Shown: one piece after another, positions 54,325 to 64,000 of the stretch
Layout: each line of letters begins with the position of its first letter
How positions within the stretch are numbered: the first letter of the stretch is position 1
Assembly (NCBI GenBank): GCA_041745215.1
Contig: JBGTJJ010000040.1
Coordinates: 15,309 to 79,308 of the forward strand
Length of the DNA stretch: 64,000 nt
Direction of reading: 5' to 3'
Source of the DNA: Rubrobacteraceae bacterium
Lineage (GTDB): Bacteria; Actinomycetota; Rubrobacteria; Rubrobacterales; Rubrobacteraceae
The notes under the pieces: model-generated
What the model was told of the DNA's origin: nothing
What the model saw: the letters and a program-made list of their open reading frames with translations, nothing else
Database searches by the model: none
Translations under genes and position numbers: made by a program

Positions 54325-55702
54325 GCCCGAAACCCCGGTACAGAAGACCGCTATCACGGGCGGCAACAGCATCCAGGACGTTGCGGCCGTCCACCAGGAG
54401 CTTCGGCGTCTCCATGAGTTCGGCGGCCCGCCTCAGATCCAGAACCCGAAGCTCCTCCCATTCCGTGACCAGCACAGCGGCGTGGGCCCCGGAGAGGGCT
54501 TCGTAGGGATCGAAGACTACCTTGAGGTCCGGCTGTTGGGAGGCGGCGGCCTTGCCCGCCACGGGATCGTAGCCGACGACCCTCGCGCCCAGGGAGTTCA
54601 GGGCACGGGCGATCTCCAGGCTCGGCGCGTCCCGGAGGTCGTCCGTGTTCGGCTTGAAGGCGAGACCCAGCAGAGCTATCCGCTTACCCTTTAGAGTGTG
54701 GAGGTCTTTCTGGAGCTTGGAGATGACCTGCTTGCGCTGCCGGACGTTTACGGCGACGGTCGCGTCGAGGATGGCCGGCTCGTAGTCGTACTCGCGGGCG
54801 ATGGAGCGGAGCGCCGAGACGTCTTTGGGGAAGCAGGAGCCGCCCCAGCCGATGCCGGCGTTCAAAAAGCGTGGCCCAATGCGCTCGTCCAAGCCCATGC
54901 CGGCGGCGACGCTCGATACGTCAGCCCCGACCAGCTCACAGATATTGGCGACCTCGTTTATGAAGCTGATCTTGGTGGCGAGGAACGCGTTTGCGGCGTA
55001 TTTGATCATCTCGGCGCTCACCAGGTCTGTGGTGACGAACGGGACCGCGACCCGCGGCCTCGGGTCTATCTCCGACGGGAAGCTCTGCTCGATTATCGGC
55101 TCGTAGAGAGCCCGCATCCGGTCCAGCGCGTCACGCCGGTCGGCCCCGAGCACGATCCTGTCAGGGAACAGCGAATCGTAGACCGCGCTTCCCTCTCTCA
55201 GAAACTCCGGATTGGAGACTACCCGGTAATCGACCTCCGCGCCGCCACCTTCCTCGGCGCCCTCCTGAACGAGCATCGAGACGTAGTCTCCGCTACCTAC
55301 CGGGACGGTGCTCTTGTTGACCACCACGAGCGGATGCTCCCTGTAAGCTCCCGGCTCCGCCAGTGCCCGGCCGATGCTCCGGGCGACCGACGCTACGCTT
55401 GAGAGGTCCGCCGAACCGTCCTCATCTTGTGGAGTATCGACCGCGATAAAGATGATGTCGGAGTCGCGCACCACCTCCGGCAGATCGGTCGAGAAAGAGA
55501 GCCTGCCTCGGCCAACGCCGCGTGAGACCATCTCCTCCAGGTTTGGCTCGTAGATCGGCATGACGCCGTTTTCCAGGTCGGAGACACGGTCTTCGTTCTT
55601 GTCCACGCACACGACCCGATGGCCGACGTGCGCCAGACAAGCGCCAGTGACCAACCCTACGTATCCGGCTCCGACTACCCCGACCCTGAACTCTTCTATC
55701 AC
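54317..55702 (-). CDS. ugd: UDP-glucose 6-dehydrogenase
   Basis: [11 protein letters not shown] motif and catalytic [10 protein letters not shown]. Confidence 0.9.
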   Translation of the reverse strand: MIEEFRVGVVGAGYVGLVTGACLAHVGHRVVCVDKNEDRVSDLENGVMPIYEPNLEEMVSRGVGRGRLSFSTDLPEVVRDSDIIFIAVDTPQDEDGSADLSSVASVARSIGRALAEPGAYREHPLVVVNKSTVPVGSGDYVSMLVQEGAEEGGGAEVDYRVVSNPEFLREGSAVYDSLFPDRIVLGADRRDALDRMRALYEPIIEQSFPSEIDPRPRVAVPFVTTDLVSAEMIKYAANAFLATKISFINEVANICELVGADVSSVAAGMGLDERIGPRFLNAGIGWGGSCFPKDVSALRSIAREYDYEPAILDATVAVNVRQRKQVISKLQKDLHTLKGKRIALLGLAFKPNTDDLRDAPSLEIARALNSLGARVVGYDPVAGKAAASQQPDLKVVFDPYEALSGAHAAVLVTEWEELRVLDLRRAAELMETPKLLVDGRNVLDAVAARDSGLLYRGFGRA

Positions 55703-55813
55703 CGATTAATCTCCAAACACTTGCGACCCTGGTCACAGTACAGCCGTACTGCCCCAGGAACTTACATTCAGTCGGTATAGCTTACAAGAGAACGTACGGT
55801 GAAGGGCAAACTA

Positions 55814-57196
55814 TTAGTAAGCTCCCTCGCGGCGGAGCACGGCGCCGAGGGTCTTGACGATGATCTTGATGTCGAATGAGAGCGACCAGTTCTCGATATA
55901 GTAAAGGTCCAGGCGCACCATGTCCTCGAAAGATAGGTTGCTGCGGCCGCTGATCTGCCAGTATCCGCTCATCCCCGGCACCGCCGCCAGCCGCCGCTTG
56001 TGCTGCTCGCTCATCCTCTCGAAGTCCCGCATCGGTAGGGGTCTCGGCCCGACCAGGCTCATTTCTCCCTTCAGGACGTTTATGAGCTGCGGCAGCTCGT
56101 CCACGCTCCACTTTCGGATAAAGTACCCGACGCGGGTGATCCGGGGGTCGTCCTTTATCTTGAAGACCGCGCCATCGGCCTCGTTCCGGGCCTCCAGCTC
56201 GGCCTGCCGCCGCTCGGCATCCTCGTACATCGAGCGGAACATGTAGCAGATAAAGACTTTCTCATCCACCCCGGCACGCTTCTGCCGGAAGAGCACGGAT
56301 CCCGGAGAATCGAGACGGATCGCCACGGCCACGGCTAACAGCAATGGGGAGAGCAGGATGAGCCCTACCGCGGAGCCCACGATGTCAAGAGCCCGTTTGA
56401 GAGCCCGCTGGGTGTTGTCTAATTGGGGATAACCTACCTCCAGGAGTGGTAGCCCAAGGTTGTTGGAGAGCACGGGGCGTCCCCTCATCAGGGAGATTGC
56501 GCCGGGCACTACCCTCATCCGTACCCCGCGCAACCGCACGGAGCGCAGGAGGTCCAACAACTTCTCGTCCGGGAGACGTTCGGCCCCGGCCAGGATCACG
56601 CTGCGCGCCCCGGTCCGGTCCAGCGTCTCCCGTAGTTCCGGCAGGTTGAGGGTTCCGTATCCGAGGTCCATCTCGCCTACGCACGAGTACGAACCAGTCC
56701 CGAGTTCCAGCATCCGGCGCACACGCCCGCGCTCTTCAGAGTTTCCAATCACTATGGCCGCAGTTCTCCCCAGGCCGCGGCGGTAGATCCACTCTATCCC
56801 CTGCTCGTAGAGGAACCTCACGCCTCCGACGAGTACCAGGGCGAAGAACGCGGTCAGCAGAACCTCTCCTAGACCCAAACCGCTCTCGGGATAGACGACC
56901 GATCCCAGCACCACTAGCCCGGCCCACGAGAGCACCGCCCCGAGTAGAGCGCCGGGGTTCCGCCGGGTCCGGGCCCGGTCATAGAGGTCGTGGGCCGCGA
57001 AGATGACGATCCAGCCTCCCACCAGCAGCGGCACGAGTGCCTGCACCTCCCCCACCCGATCTCCACCGCCCACCAAATACTCCGCCGCGTTCACGCCCGC
57101 CACCAACGCCCCTGCGTCCACGGCGATCAAAACTACGACGCTCAGCAGACGCCGCAGGGTTGGTACGTTGAGCAATTTCTTTAGGGTATCTTTCAT
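55814..57196 (-). CDS. polyprenyl-phosphate hexose-1-phosphate transferase (WbaP/EPS priming sugar transferase)
   Basis: N-terminal TM bundle and C-terminal sugar-transferase domain (DELPQLINVLKGEMSLVGPRP...PGMSGYWQ). Confidence 0.9.
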   Translation of the reverse strand: MKDTLKKLLNVPTLRRLLSVVVLIAVDAGALVAGVNAAEYLVGGGDRVGEVQALVPLLVGGWIVIFAAHDLYDRARTRRNPGALLGAVLSWAGLVVLGSVVYPESGLGLGEVLLTAFFALVLVGGVRFLYEQGIEWIYRRGLGRTAAIVIGNSEERGRVRRMLELGTGSYSCVGEMDLGYGTLNLPELRETLDRTGARSVILAGAERLPDEKLLDLLRSVRLRGVRMRVVPGAISLMRGRPVLSNNLGLPLLEVGYPQLDNTQRALKRALDIVGSAVGLILLSPLLLAVAVAIRLDSPGSVLFRQKRAGVDEKVFICYMFRSMYEDAERRQAELEARNEADGAVFKIKDDPRITRVGYFIRKWSVDELPQLINVLKGEMSLVGPRPLPMRDFERMSEQHKRRLAAVPGMSGYWQISGRSNLSFEDMVRLDLYYIENWSLSFDIKIIVKTLGAVLRREGAY

Positions 57197-57268
57197 AATC
57201 TGCGCCAGACTCCTTCAAGGCGCAGTATAACGCCACAGCCCGGATAGAACTTCAAACTTAAGAGGAGA

Positions 57269-58543
57269 TTACCAGCTTCCGCGGGCGGCGTACTGGTAAG
57301 GGATGCGCTTGCCGGTGGGATGAACCAGGTAGACGACGCCGCCGTTGCCGTAGTTACCGTAGCGGTTCGCATGGTTCTTTAGCCAGGCCCTCGCGAACTC
57401 GTTGCGCCGGTAGACGCGCCGGACCCCCGACTTGCCGGATGCGGCCGGGTCGTTGACGATCACGTGCCCTGACCTGGTAAAGCCTCGTACCAGCAGTATG
57501 TGACCGTTGCTCCGCTGCAAAGGAGCCCCCACGAGCCGGTACTTGGTGCCGTAGATACCGGTGCGGTTGTCCCACGCGATGCTGACCGTCACCGGGATAC
57601 CCATGTCCGTCCAACGCTCGATCTGCGCGAGCTGGCTGAAACGGCTTACCCGGGCGCTCAGGCCCCTGGACGCGGCGTAGGAGGTATTGAACGACCAATT
57701 GCCCCATCCTCTATATGTATAGTCATACACGCCCCTGGCGACCGTGGGCACCGTCTGGTTTAACCCCCTACGTCCGGTCTTATTCGCCCAGTAAGCCATT
57801 ATCATGGAGAGCGTAGTCGGGCTGCACCAGGCCTCGCCCTGGGAATAGACCATCTGCGAACGAACGGGAACCCGGAGATCCTTGCCCCAGGCCCTCTTGA
57901 GCGGTGGAATGTCCAGAGAGCTTCCGTGCCGGTAAGAGTTGGAGGAAACGAAGGACAGGGCGTTTATACGCGGGGAAGCGCTACGTTTCTTGGTGTACAA
58001 CGTCGCGCGATACCGGTAGGCGCTAGCGAAAACGCGGCCCTTGCTCTGCAAGGTATCCGTATTCACTTGCCAGCGGCTGGTGTCCTGCCCATTTATGCTG
58101 CGGCGTTTTATGTCACGTGTCCCCTGGGCCCACACGCCCATGTTGAACCACCGGCTCCAATTACTGCCGGAGAACACCTGTACCTGCGTCTTGATAAACG
58201 TCCCGGCGGGCGTCCGCGCGTTCCAGGACGGTACGACCGTGTCGAATTTCGTGGACGGCCTGTAGACCTTCGAAGTCAGCCTGCCCCAGTACAGACTTCC
58301 GGAGCGATGGGGAGAAGCCCCCAGCCGCGCCGTGCCGCGCCTGACCACGACCCGATCCTCCCTGCCCGCTGAGAGGGCTTTCTGGCTTGCATGGTTGTCG
58401 AGGTCTATGTAGGAACCGGCGGCCGCCTCAGACTTATCCGCGCCGAACATAAACATGGAAGCAACCACGAGCGCCAACGCACCAAGATATGCCAGCTTAC
58501 GTCCTGTCGATAAGTATCCCCTCATTGAAAATGATTTTAACAA
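57269..58543 (-). CDS. secreted/anchored protein with C-terminal C39-like cysteine peptidase domain
   Basis: N-terminal TM anchor. Segments EAWCSPTTLSMIMAYW and GHILLVRGFT..GHVIVNDPA are typical of C39-like domains. Confidence 0.6.
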   Translation of the reverse strand: MLKSFSMRGYLSTGRKLAYLGALALVVASMFMFGADKSEAAAGSYIDLDNHASQKALSAGREDRVVVRRGTARLGASPHRSGSLYWGRLTSKVYRPSTKFDTVVPSWNARTPAGTFIKTQVQVFSGSNWSRWFNMGVWAQGTRDIKRRSINGQDTSRWQVNTDTLQSKGRVFASAYRYRATLYTKKRSASPRINALSFVSSNSYRHGSSLDIPPLKRAWGKDLRVPVRSQMVYSQGEAWCSPTTLSMIMAYWANKTGRRGLNQTVPTVARGVYDYTYRGWGNWSFNTSYAASRGLSARVSRFSQLAQIERWTDMGIPVTVSIAWDNRTGIYGTKYRLVGAPLQRSNGHILLVRGFTRSGHVIVNDPAASGKSGVRRVYRRNEFARAWLKNHANRYGNYGNGGVVYLVHPTGKRIPYQYAARGSW

Positions 58544-58589
58544 TGTTCAATACATTCGTATATACCCTGACAGTAACCTGGCGAGGTTT

Positions 58590-59336
58590 TTACGAGTTTA
58601 TATGTCGCTGGCCGAGACGTTGTCTGAGCACCCTGAGCAAGAAGATGGGGTTTCCGACCACGTAGCGACGCCAGAGCCGGCGTGGCTCCACCATGAGACG
58701 CGCCAGCCACTCGAAGCCATTGTCGGTCAAGACGCGCGGCCCGCGGCGCAAACCGCCGGAGACATAATCGAAGACGGCCCCGCCGGTCAGGGCTACGTTG
58801 GCGTCTATCCGGCGCCAGTTCTCCATCAACCATCGCTCCTGCAACGGCATACCGAAACCAACGAGGAGTATGTCCGGAGCGACGGCGTTTATCTCCTTTA
58901 TTACGGCTTCGTTCTCCGGGCTGCCGGCGGATCGGTCAAAGTAGCCATCGTGGATGCCGGCGACCTGTAGGCTCGGATAGCGCTCTTTGAGCTTCTCCGC
59001 AGCCTTCTCCGCAACGCCGGGCCGGGCGCCGAGGAGGTAGAGAGTGAACCCTTCGGCGGTAGCGTAGGACGCCAGGCGCCAGATCCAGTCGGCGTAAGTG
59101 ATGCGCTCCGGGATGCGGCGGCCTAGGAGACGCGCCGCGAGCATGACGCCCGCGCCGTCACAGAAGACCACCTCGGCCTCGTTCAGAAAGCTCCGTAATT
59201 CCGGGTCCGCGTAAGAGAGGTTGAGACAGTGGACGTTCGCATTGAGCACGAGAGCGTGGCCGCCGGCCCGGATCTCACGGCCGATCTCCGCGTGAAGCTC
59301 CTCTACCGTCAGGGGATCCACACTGACCCCTAGCAC
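58590..59336 (-). CDS. WecB/TagA/CpsF-family glycosyltransferase
   Basis: Trimmed to the GTG at 59336, just after the upstream stop. 248 aa with the pattern NANVHCLNL...VFCDGAGV...LLGARPGVAEKAA. Confidence 0.75.
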   Translation of the reverse strand: MLGVSVDPLTVEELHAEIGREIRAGGHALVLNANVHCLNLSYADPELRSFLNEAEVVFCDGAGVMLAARLLGRRIPERITYADWIWRLASYATAEGFTLYLLGARPGVAEKAAEKLKERYPSLQVAGIHDGYFDRSAGSPENEAVIKEINAVAPDILLVGFGMPLQERWLMENWRRIDANVALTGGAVFDYVSGGLRRGPRVLTDNGFEWLARLMVEPRRLWRRYVVGNPIFLLRVLRQRLGQRHINS

Positions 59337-59338
59337 CT

Positions 59339-60481
59339 CTACCCGGTCTTCAGCGCGTCCCACAACTTCTCCTCGATCTCCTCGAAACGGACGTCCCAAG
59401 AGTTCTTCCTGGCAAGCTCCATCCGCGCCCGGACTTTCTCTTCCGTCTCGTAGCGCCCCAGGGCTTTCAGCGCCGTTACGAACTTCCCTGCGTCTCCGGC
59501 AAGGTAGACGTGGTCTTTGATCTCCTTGAGCGCCGGGAGCGGACTCGCCACGACCGGCTTGCCCGTCGCCAGGCACTCGTAGGTCTTGGCGGGCGAGATG
59601 CCTCGGGTGAGCGTGTTGTTCAGATAAGGGAGTATGAAAGCATCAACGCCTTCGAGCGCCGAGGGAAGCTTCCGATGCGGAACTTCTCCGACGTGATCTA
59701 TCCCAGATGTCCGAAAGAAACCTGGGTCCACATTGCCTATTCCCCCTAAGATCCGGACCGTAAAGCCCGCCTCCGCCACGGCCCGCAAAGCGGAGAGGTC
59801 TATGCGTTCCGGCCCCAGATGCCCGAAGTAGCAAACAGTTCGGATTCGACCAGAATCGCGCTTTTGCAAACCGGCGAACTGTTCGTAGTCAACACCCGGA
59901 CCGTTTAGAAAAGCATCCGGACGCAGCGGCTCGACCTTCTCCAGTAGGGAGGGCGAAGTGCAGGAGACTACGTCGGCGCGCCGGAGAATCTCTTTCTCGG
60001 TGGCGGCTATATCTTTCGGGATGCCGGGAAACCCTTCGTAGTCCTCCGAACAATCATAGTAGAGGAGCCGGGGACGGAGGGAGAGGATCAGGTCCAGCGT
60101 AGTCCGGGTGGGCGGATAAGCCACGACAATGGGGTCTTCACCCGCGATCTCCCGCAAATCCCGCGCAACCCGCGACGCGAGGACCCGACGGTTCAAGTCG
60201 CGAAACGCCTTCCAGGTCGGTGGCGCAACGAGCGGCGAGTAGACGGTTAGGTTGGGCTCTTCGGGAGGCTTCTCGCCCGCGCCTCCCGAACGCCGGAGAC
60301 GGTCGGCCAACTTGCGGAGCGTGACCCTGTCGAAGTGGGGATTGGAGAGGCCTGTAGTCTCGACGAAGACCGTTTTGTAGCCGGCGCGGGCGAAGCGGGT
60401 AGCCAGTATCTGATGGCGCTGCCAGAGAAAATCCCACCGGATACCGGAGAGCATAACCACCGGCGGTTTACCCTGCCTCAT
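59339..60481 (-). CDS. GT-B fold glycosyltransferase (GT1/GT4-like)
   Basis: 380 aa. C-terminal pattern FILPY......GISPAKTYECLATGKPVV resembles the EX7E region. Confidence 0.7.
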   Translation of the reverse strand: MRQGKPPVVMLSGIRWDFLWQRHQILATRFARAGYKTVFVETTGLSNPHFDRVTLRKLADRLRRSGGAGEKPPEEPNLTVYSPLVAPPTWKAFRDLNRRVLASRVARDLREIAGEDPIVVAYPPTRTTLDLILSLRPRLLYYDCSEDYEGFPGIPKDIAATEKEILRRADVVSCTSPSLLEKVEPLRPDAFLNGPGVDYEQFAGLQKRDSGRIRTVCYFGHLGPERIDLSALRAVAEAGFTVRILGGIGNVDPGFFRTSGIDHVGEVPHRKLPSALEGVDAFILPYLNNTLTRGISPAKTYECLATGKPVVASPLPALKEIKDHVYLAGDAGKFVTALKALGRYETEEKVRARMELARKNSWDVRFEEIEEKLWDALKTG

Positions 60482-61440
60482 CTGCGGATCTTCACTAGAC
60501 TGCGAACGCCATCGAGGTCCGGCAACGGTCCCTCACCATAGATACGGTCGAGCCCGAAGAGCGCGAGTATCTCCGCGGCCCTCTCCCGTTCAGCGCCGCC
60601 CACCGCGCGGGTCCAACTATCCACGGGGCGCTTCCCGAGCACGACGGCGCTCTCCCGGCGGCTCAGGGATGAGGGCCGCTTCATGGCGCTATAGACTCCT
60701 CCGTCGAAGTCTTTTTCGAGGTAAGTAAACAGGCGACCCAACTCATTTTCCGGCTGCGTACACAACAGCTCGTAGAACACGATGTGTACGGAGTTTCCTT
60801 GAAGCTGACGCAGAGGTACATAGTTCTCAATGCACCAGAGAAAGACGCTGCGCTCGAACGGAGTTTTGGCTTTACGGATCTCTTGCTCGAAAGGTCCGAG
60901 GAAATCTTCGACCAGTTCTTCCTGCTCCATCGTATCGTCGAGGATGTCTCTCCAGCCCAATTTCAGGCGAGAGTTCGTCACGGCGCACGGATGACGGAGC
61001 AGTAGGATCTGGGGCATCCGGGGAAAGTTGGCGCGCATCCAACCCAGCAGCAGGTTGGCTCTTATGTCCTTGATCAGACGCCGCCGCGCCACATGCTTGC
61101 GGTTGAGATGGTCCGACCAGGTGTTTCTAAGGCCGCCGGAGAGTATGGTCCGGGCCGGTTCGAGATACTCTTCCCGCGTATCGTCCGGCCTCAGGTATTG
61201 CTTGCGCCGGAAATTTTTACAGATACCCACCTTTTCGGGATAGAAGGGCTCGAAGACATAGCGGTACTCGTTTCGGTAGTTGATGATCTCCGAAAGCCAG
61301 GTAGTCCCGCTCCGGCCGCTGCCGGCCAGGAAGATCGAACGCCCGGCATCCCGCCCGAGGTCCACGTACATGCTCCCGAGAAATCGCTCCCCGGCCAGTA
61401 GCACACGAGGAATCAGCTCCGTCAAACCTTCACGTTCCAC
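60478..61440 (-). CDS. sulfotransferase family protein
   Basis: PAPS loop GSGRSGTTWLSEI and LLLRHPCAV. ATGA-type 4-nt overlap with the downstream GT gene. Confidence 0.75.
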   Translation of the reverse strand: MEREGLTELIPRVLLAGERFLGSMYVDLGRDAGRSIFLAGSGRSGTTWLSEIINYRNEYRYVFEPFYPEKVGICKNFRRKQYLRPDDTREEYLEPARTILSGGLRNTWSDHLNRKHVARRRLIKDIRANLLLGWMRANFPRMPQILLLRHPCAVTNSRLKLGWRDILDDTMEQEELVEDFLGPFEQEIRKAKTPFERSVFLWCIENYVPLRQLQGNSVHIVFYELLCTQPENELGRLFTYLEKDFDGGVYSAMKRPSSLSRRESAVVLGKRPVDSWTRAVGGAERERAAEILALFGLDRIYGEGPLPDLDGVRSLVKIRR

Positions 61441-62975
61441 TTGAGGTTACGCCTGACTGCTATCCAGAAAGAGGACAGGAATTTATGGTCGCTGGGGCTG
61501 AGGCCGAGGGATGTGAGTGTTACCGCAAAGACCGCCAGAAACAGTGGCGTGAAGAGGGCGAGCGCCAGAAGCCCATCGTAACCGGGCAGCACGAGCCGCA
61601 ATAAATATACGGCCAGGCAGGCGACGGCCCCGGCGGCCAACGGTTTTACGTAGCGCCGCTCGTAGGGCCAGAATCCCAGGAAGCGACGGACGAAGAACAG
61701 GCTCAGGGAGTTGGAGACTACGAGGGCCGCCGCCGTGGCGACCGCCGCGCCGAATATGCCGAAATCCGGGACCAGCAGGAGGTTTGCGACTACGGCGACT
61801 ATGGCGGAGCTTATGGTAGCCGTCATGACCATTCTCTGGCGTCCGGTCATAGCCAGCACACGGGCCGTTGGTCCTACGGAGGAGTTAAAGAGTTGGGCGG
61901 CGGCGACGATCACTATTACCGGCCAACCCACGACGAAATCCTCCCCAAAGAAGGCCATTACGTCTTTCGCGAGCAGCGTTGTGATAAGGAAGAAAACCAG
62001 GGCTCCGGTGAACGTCCACCGGGAGACGTCTTTATAGAGGTAGCCCAGATCCGCCGTCAAGCCCTGCTGGTGGAGGCTGGAGATCATAGGCGAAAAAATG
62101 CCCCCAAAGGAGATCAGGACCAGGGCCGAAAGGGTGGCCGTCCGGGAGGCTACGTCGTAGATCCCAACCTCGCCGGCGCTCGTGAAGATGCCGAGTACGA
62201 TCAGGGCGGTCCACAGATTTATGTACTGGGTGAAGTTGGCGATGATCATCGGCCCCGAGACCGAGAACAATGCACGACTCTCGTATAAGGTCTCGGTCTC
62301 CCGATCCAGGATCCGCGGAAAGATTTTCGTCAGGTAGTAGAGCGCAAACGCGGCGCCGAGCGCCATGGAGGCGATGTAGGCGACCACCGCGCCGAGGATC
62401 TGCTCGCCTAGAAGGTAGAAGACGAAGACGAGGATCAGATTCGACAGAGGCCGCAGGATGTCTCGGACTAGCGTGGCGTACTTGACGGTCTGAAATCCCT
62501 GGGTGGCCCAGAGCGTTATGCTCATCAAGGTGAAGAACGGCAGCGCCACCGAGAAAAGCTGGAACATGGTTTTGAGGAAAGGTTTATTGAAGACCCAATC
62601 CGCCAGGAAATCCGCCCCGAAGAATATGCCACTCGAAAAAACCACGCTGAGTCCGAAAGTCACCCCAATTGCCTGGAGTATGGTTCCCCGGACTCTTGCA
62701 GTGTCACCCTCGGACCGATAATGGGCCACGTAGCGCACCACGCCATTGTCCATCCCGAACTGCGAGAGGATGTTCGCCACCTGCAAGACTACGATCCCGA
62801 GCGCGTAGAACCCGAGCTGGGCCTTGCCGTGCATCTTGGCGATGGCCGCCGCCGTGGCGTAGCCGATCAGCCGCCCTATCCCCTGTCCGGTGGAACTCAT
62901 GCCGACACCGCGGGCTATGCGCCCAACGTACTCGTCGTACTCTTCTTCTTTCCGGCTCTCGGAACTGACGCTCAC
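61422..62975 (-). CDS. MOP-superfamily oligosaccharide flippase (Wzx-like), paralog 2
   Basis: 517 aa. Long collinear identity blocks with the 49549..51171 product (NGVVRYVAHYR, ARVRGTI.QA, LWATQGFQTV, ALFSVS.PM). Confidence 0.8.
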   Translation of the reverse strand: MSVSSESRKEEEYDEYVGRIARGVGMSSTGQGIGRLIGYATAAAIAKMHGKAQLGFYALGIVVLQVANILSQFGMDNGVVRYVAHYRSEGDTARVRGTILQAIGVTFGLSVVFSSGIFFGADFLADWVFNKPFLKTMFQLFSVALPFFTLMSITLWATQGFQTVKYATLVRDILRPLSNLILVFVFYLLGEQILGAVVAYIASMALGAAFALYYLTKIFPRILDRETETLYESRALFSVSGPMIIANFTQYINLWTALIVLGIFTSAGEVGIYDVASRTATLSALVLISFGGIFSPMISSLHQQGLTADLGYLYKDVSRWTFTGALVFFLITTLLAKDVMAFFGEDFVVGWPVIVIVAAAQLFNSSVGPTARVLAMTGRQRMVMTATISSAIVAVVANLLLVPDFGIFGAAVATAAALVVSNSLSLFFVRRFLGFWPYERRYVKPLAAGAVACLAVYLLRLVLPGYDGLLALALFTPLFLAVFAVTLTSLGLSPSDHKFLSSFWIAVRRNLKWNVKV

Positions 62976-63068
62976 CGAGCGTACCTGCGGCTAGGAATCA
63001 AATTTTCGGTCATAAGGCACGATGATAGTCTTTCGCCCGCAAGCCTTCAATGGAAGTCCTGACTGCCG

Positions 63069-63992
63069 CTACTTGCCGTTGCCCGCGCGGACGCCGTTGT
63101 CGGACGGGGTCCACTGAGGCCGGGCGGAGAACTTTACGGCCACGCCGGCCAGGATAAAGAAGAGCAGCGTCGAGGCCGGGATGTACCAGTGCCACTCGAG
63201 AACCGACGAGAACAGGTACACCGACAGGGCAGCGACCAGACCAGAGAGGAGGATGCGTCGGTTGCCAAGGGGGGCCGAACGCCAGGCGGACCGCGCAGTG
63301 TAGCCGACCAACAACGCTGAGAAGGCGACGACGGCCAGAAACGCAAACACGCCAGTCTCGGTCCCCTGTTCGAGATAGAGATTGTGGACCTGCTTTACGC
63401 CACCGAATCCGGGACGGTTTTCGAGAAAAGTGTGTTGAAAGGTTCCTGCGCCGGCACCCAAAAAAGGATGCTCTTTCCAGGAGTCCCAGGCGACCTGCCA
63501 GTACTGCGACCGGGAGTTGGAGCTTAGTGAGGTAAGCCGTTCGTTGGCGTTTTCGGACTGTTGCATCTGTCCTGTCACGGATTCGGAGAAGTTGTCCGCA
63601 AGGAGTTGCTCACCAGCCAGATACGCACCTGCTCCGCCGAACAGCAAGACTATCACGAGGGCCGCGACCCCGAGTAACCGGCGCGCCTCTGGTACCAGCT
63701 CATAACGATTCGCGAGAACGGCGTAGATCGCCTGTAGCACGAAAGCGCCAGCGGCGGCCACGAGCAGGTCGGTCCTGAAAGCGAGACCATCGGAGATCAA
63801 CTGTCCGTCGCTGGCCTGATCCGTGACGAAGAGGGCTTCTAGATCCTGAACTGTGTACAAGAGCCATCCGAGCGGGGCCGAGGCCAAAGTCAAGTTGACG
63901 AAAGTCTGTAGCCTGTTGCCACCCAGCACGAACAGGACGGCGAGCCCCACACCTGCTGAGAGCAGCCCTCCCCGGGAGAAAGTGAAGTACAA
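63069..63992 (-). CDS. O-antigen ligase/polymerase family (Wzy_C-like) membrane protein, 5' end probably beyond the window
   Basis: Polytopic, with FTFSRGGLLSAGVGLAV typical of the Wzy_C loop. The frame stays open to the window edge, so the start is not defined. Confidence 0.65.
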   Translation of the reverse strand: MYFTFSRGGLLSAGVGLAVLFVLGGNRLQTFVNLTLASAPLGWLLYTVQDLEALFVTDQASDGQLISDGLAFRTDLLVAAAGAFVLQAIYAVLANRYELVPEARRLLGVAALVIVLLFGGAGAYLAGEQLLADNFSESVTGQMQQSENANERLTSLSSNSRSQYWQVAWDSWKEHPFLGAGAGTFQHTFLENRPGFGGVKQVHNLYLEQGTETGVFAFLAVVAFSALLVGYTARSAWRSAPLGNRRILLSGLVAALSVYLFSSVLEWHWYIPASTLLFFILAGVAVKFSARPQWTPSDNGVRAGNGK

Positions 63993-64000
63993 AGCCGTGC

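Overview
64-kb stretch of a high-GC bacterial chromosome. I hand-counted 41/60 G+C in a typical coding segment. The gene idiom looks like a deep-branching Actinobacterium, possibly Rubrobacter-like, but that is inference only. All family calls come from motifs read in the supplied translations; no database search was run. About 75 genes are supported. From 1 to 21 kb the content is mostly housekeeping: two tandem S8 proteases, lipB and lipA with a small toxin-antitoxin-like pair wedged between them, lpdA, mutM, a terpene synthase translationally coupled to a PAS histidine kinase, a DAG-kinase-like gene, moaD/moaE, a GCS2 amidoligase coupled to a circularly permuted ATP-grasp enzyme, Nudix, a CPBP protease, GlcG, and an HTH-citrate-synthase-like fusion divergent from a citrate synthase. 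Positions 21.3-23.1 kb form an AT-rich island with three orphan small ORFs and a structured non-coding element that carries both strands of 16S rRNA helix 45 plus the anti-SD tail. From 23 to 35 kb lie cinA, yqeK, dut, an XRE regulator with a TGA-interrupted membrane gene, a metG with degenerate HIGH/KMSKS motifs, an MFS transporter, rhodanese, a flavoprotein disulfide reductase, thyX and a CBS-ACT protein. Positions 35.2-38.9 kb hold a sigma factor preceded by two Cys-rich mini-proteins, a 186-aa unknown, a STAS-like/wHTH protein and a STAS-GHKL ATPase fusion. I read this as a non-canonical partner-switching-like module. From 39.7 to 41 kb, tRNA-Lys(CUU) and tRNA-Ser(UGA) flank a PaaI thioesterase and a Met/Gly-repeat surface protein. 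From 41 to 48.6 kb come nth, pgi, MarR with an ABC-2 exporter, an acyl-CoA dehydrogenase and a sulfite-oxidase-like Moco enzyme. The last 15 kb is a minus-strand Wzx/Wzy-type polysaccharide cluster with two sulfotransferases, two paralogous flippases and a sulfatase-fold protein, so it probably makes a sulfated glycan. No CRISPR array, rRNA gene, transposase or integrase was seen. Many long ORFs in the track are antisense or off-frame shadows typical of high-GC DNA and were not called.
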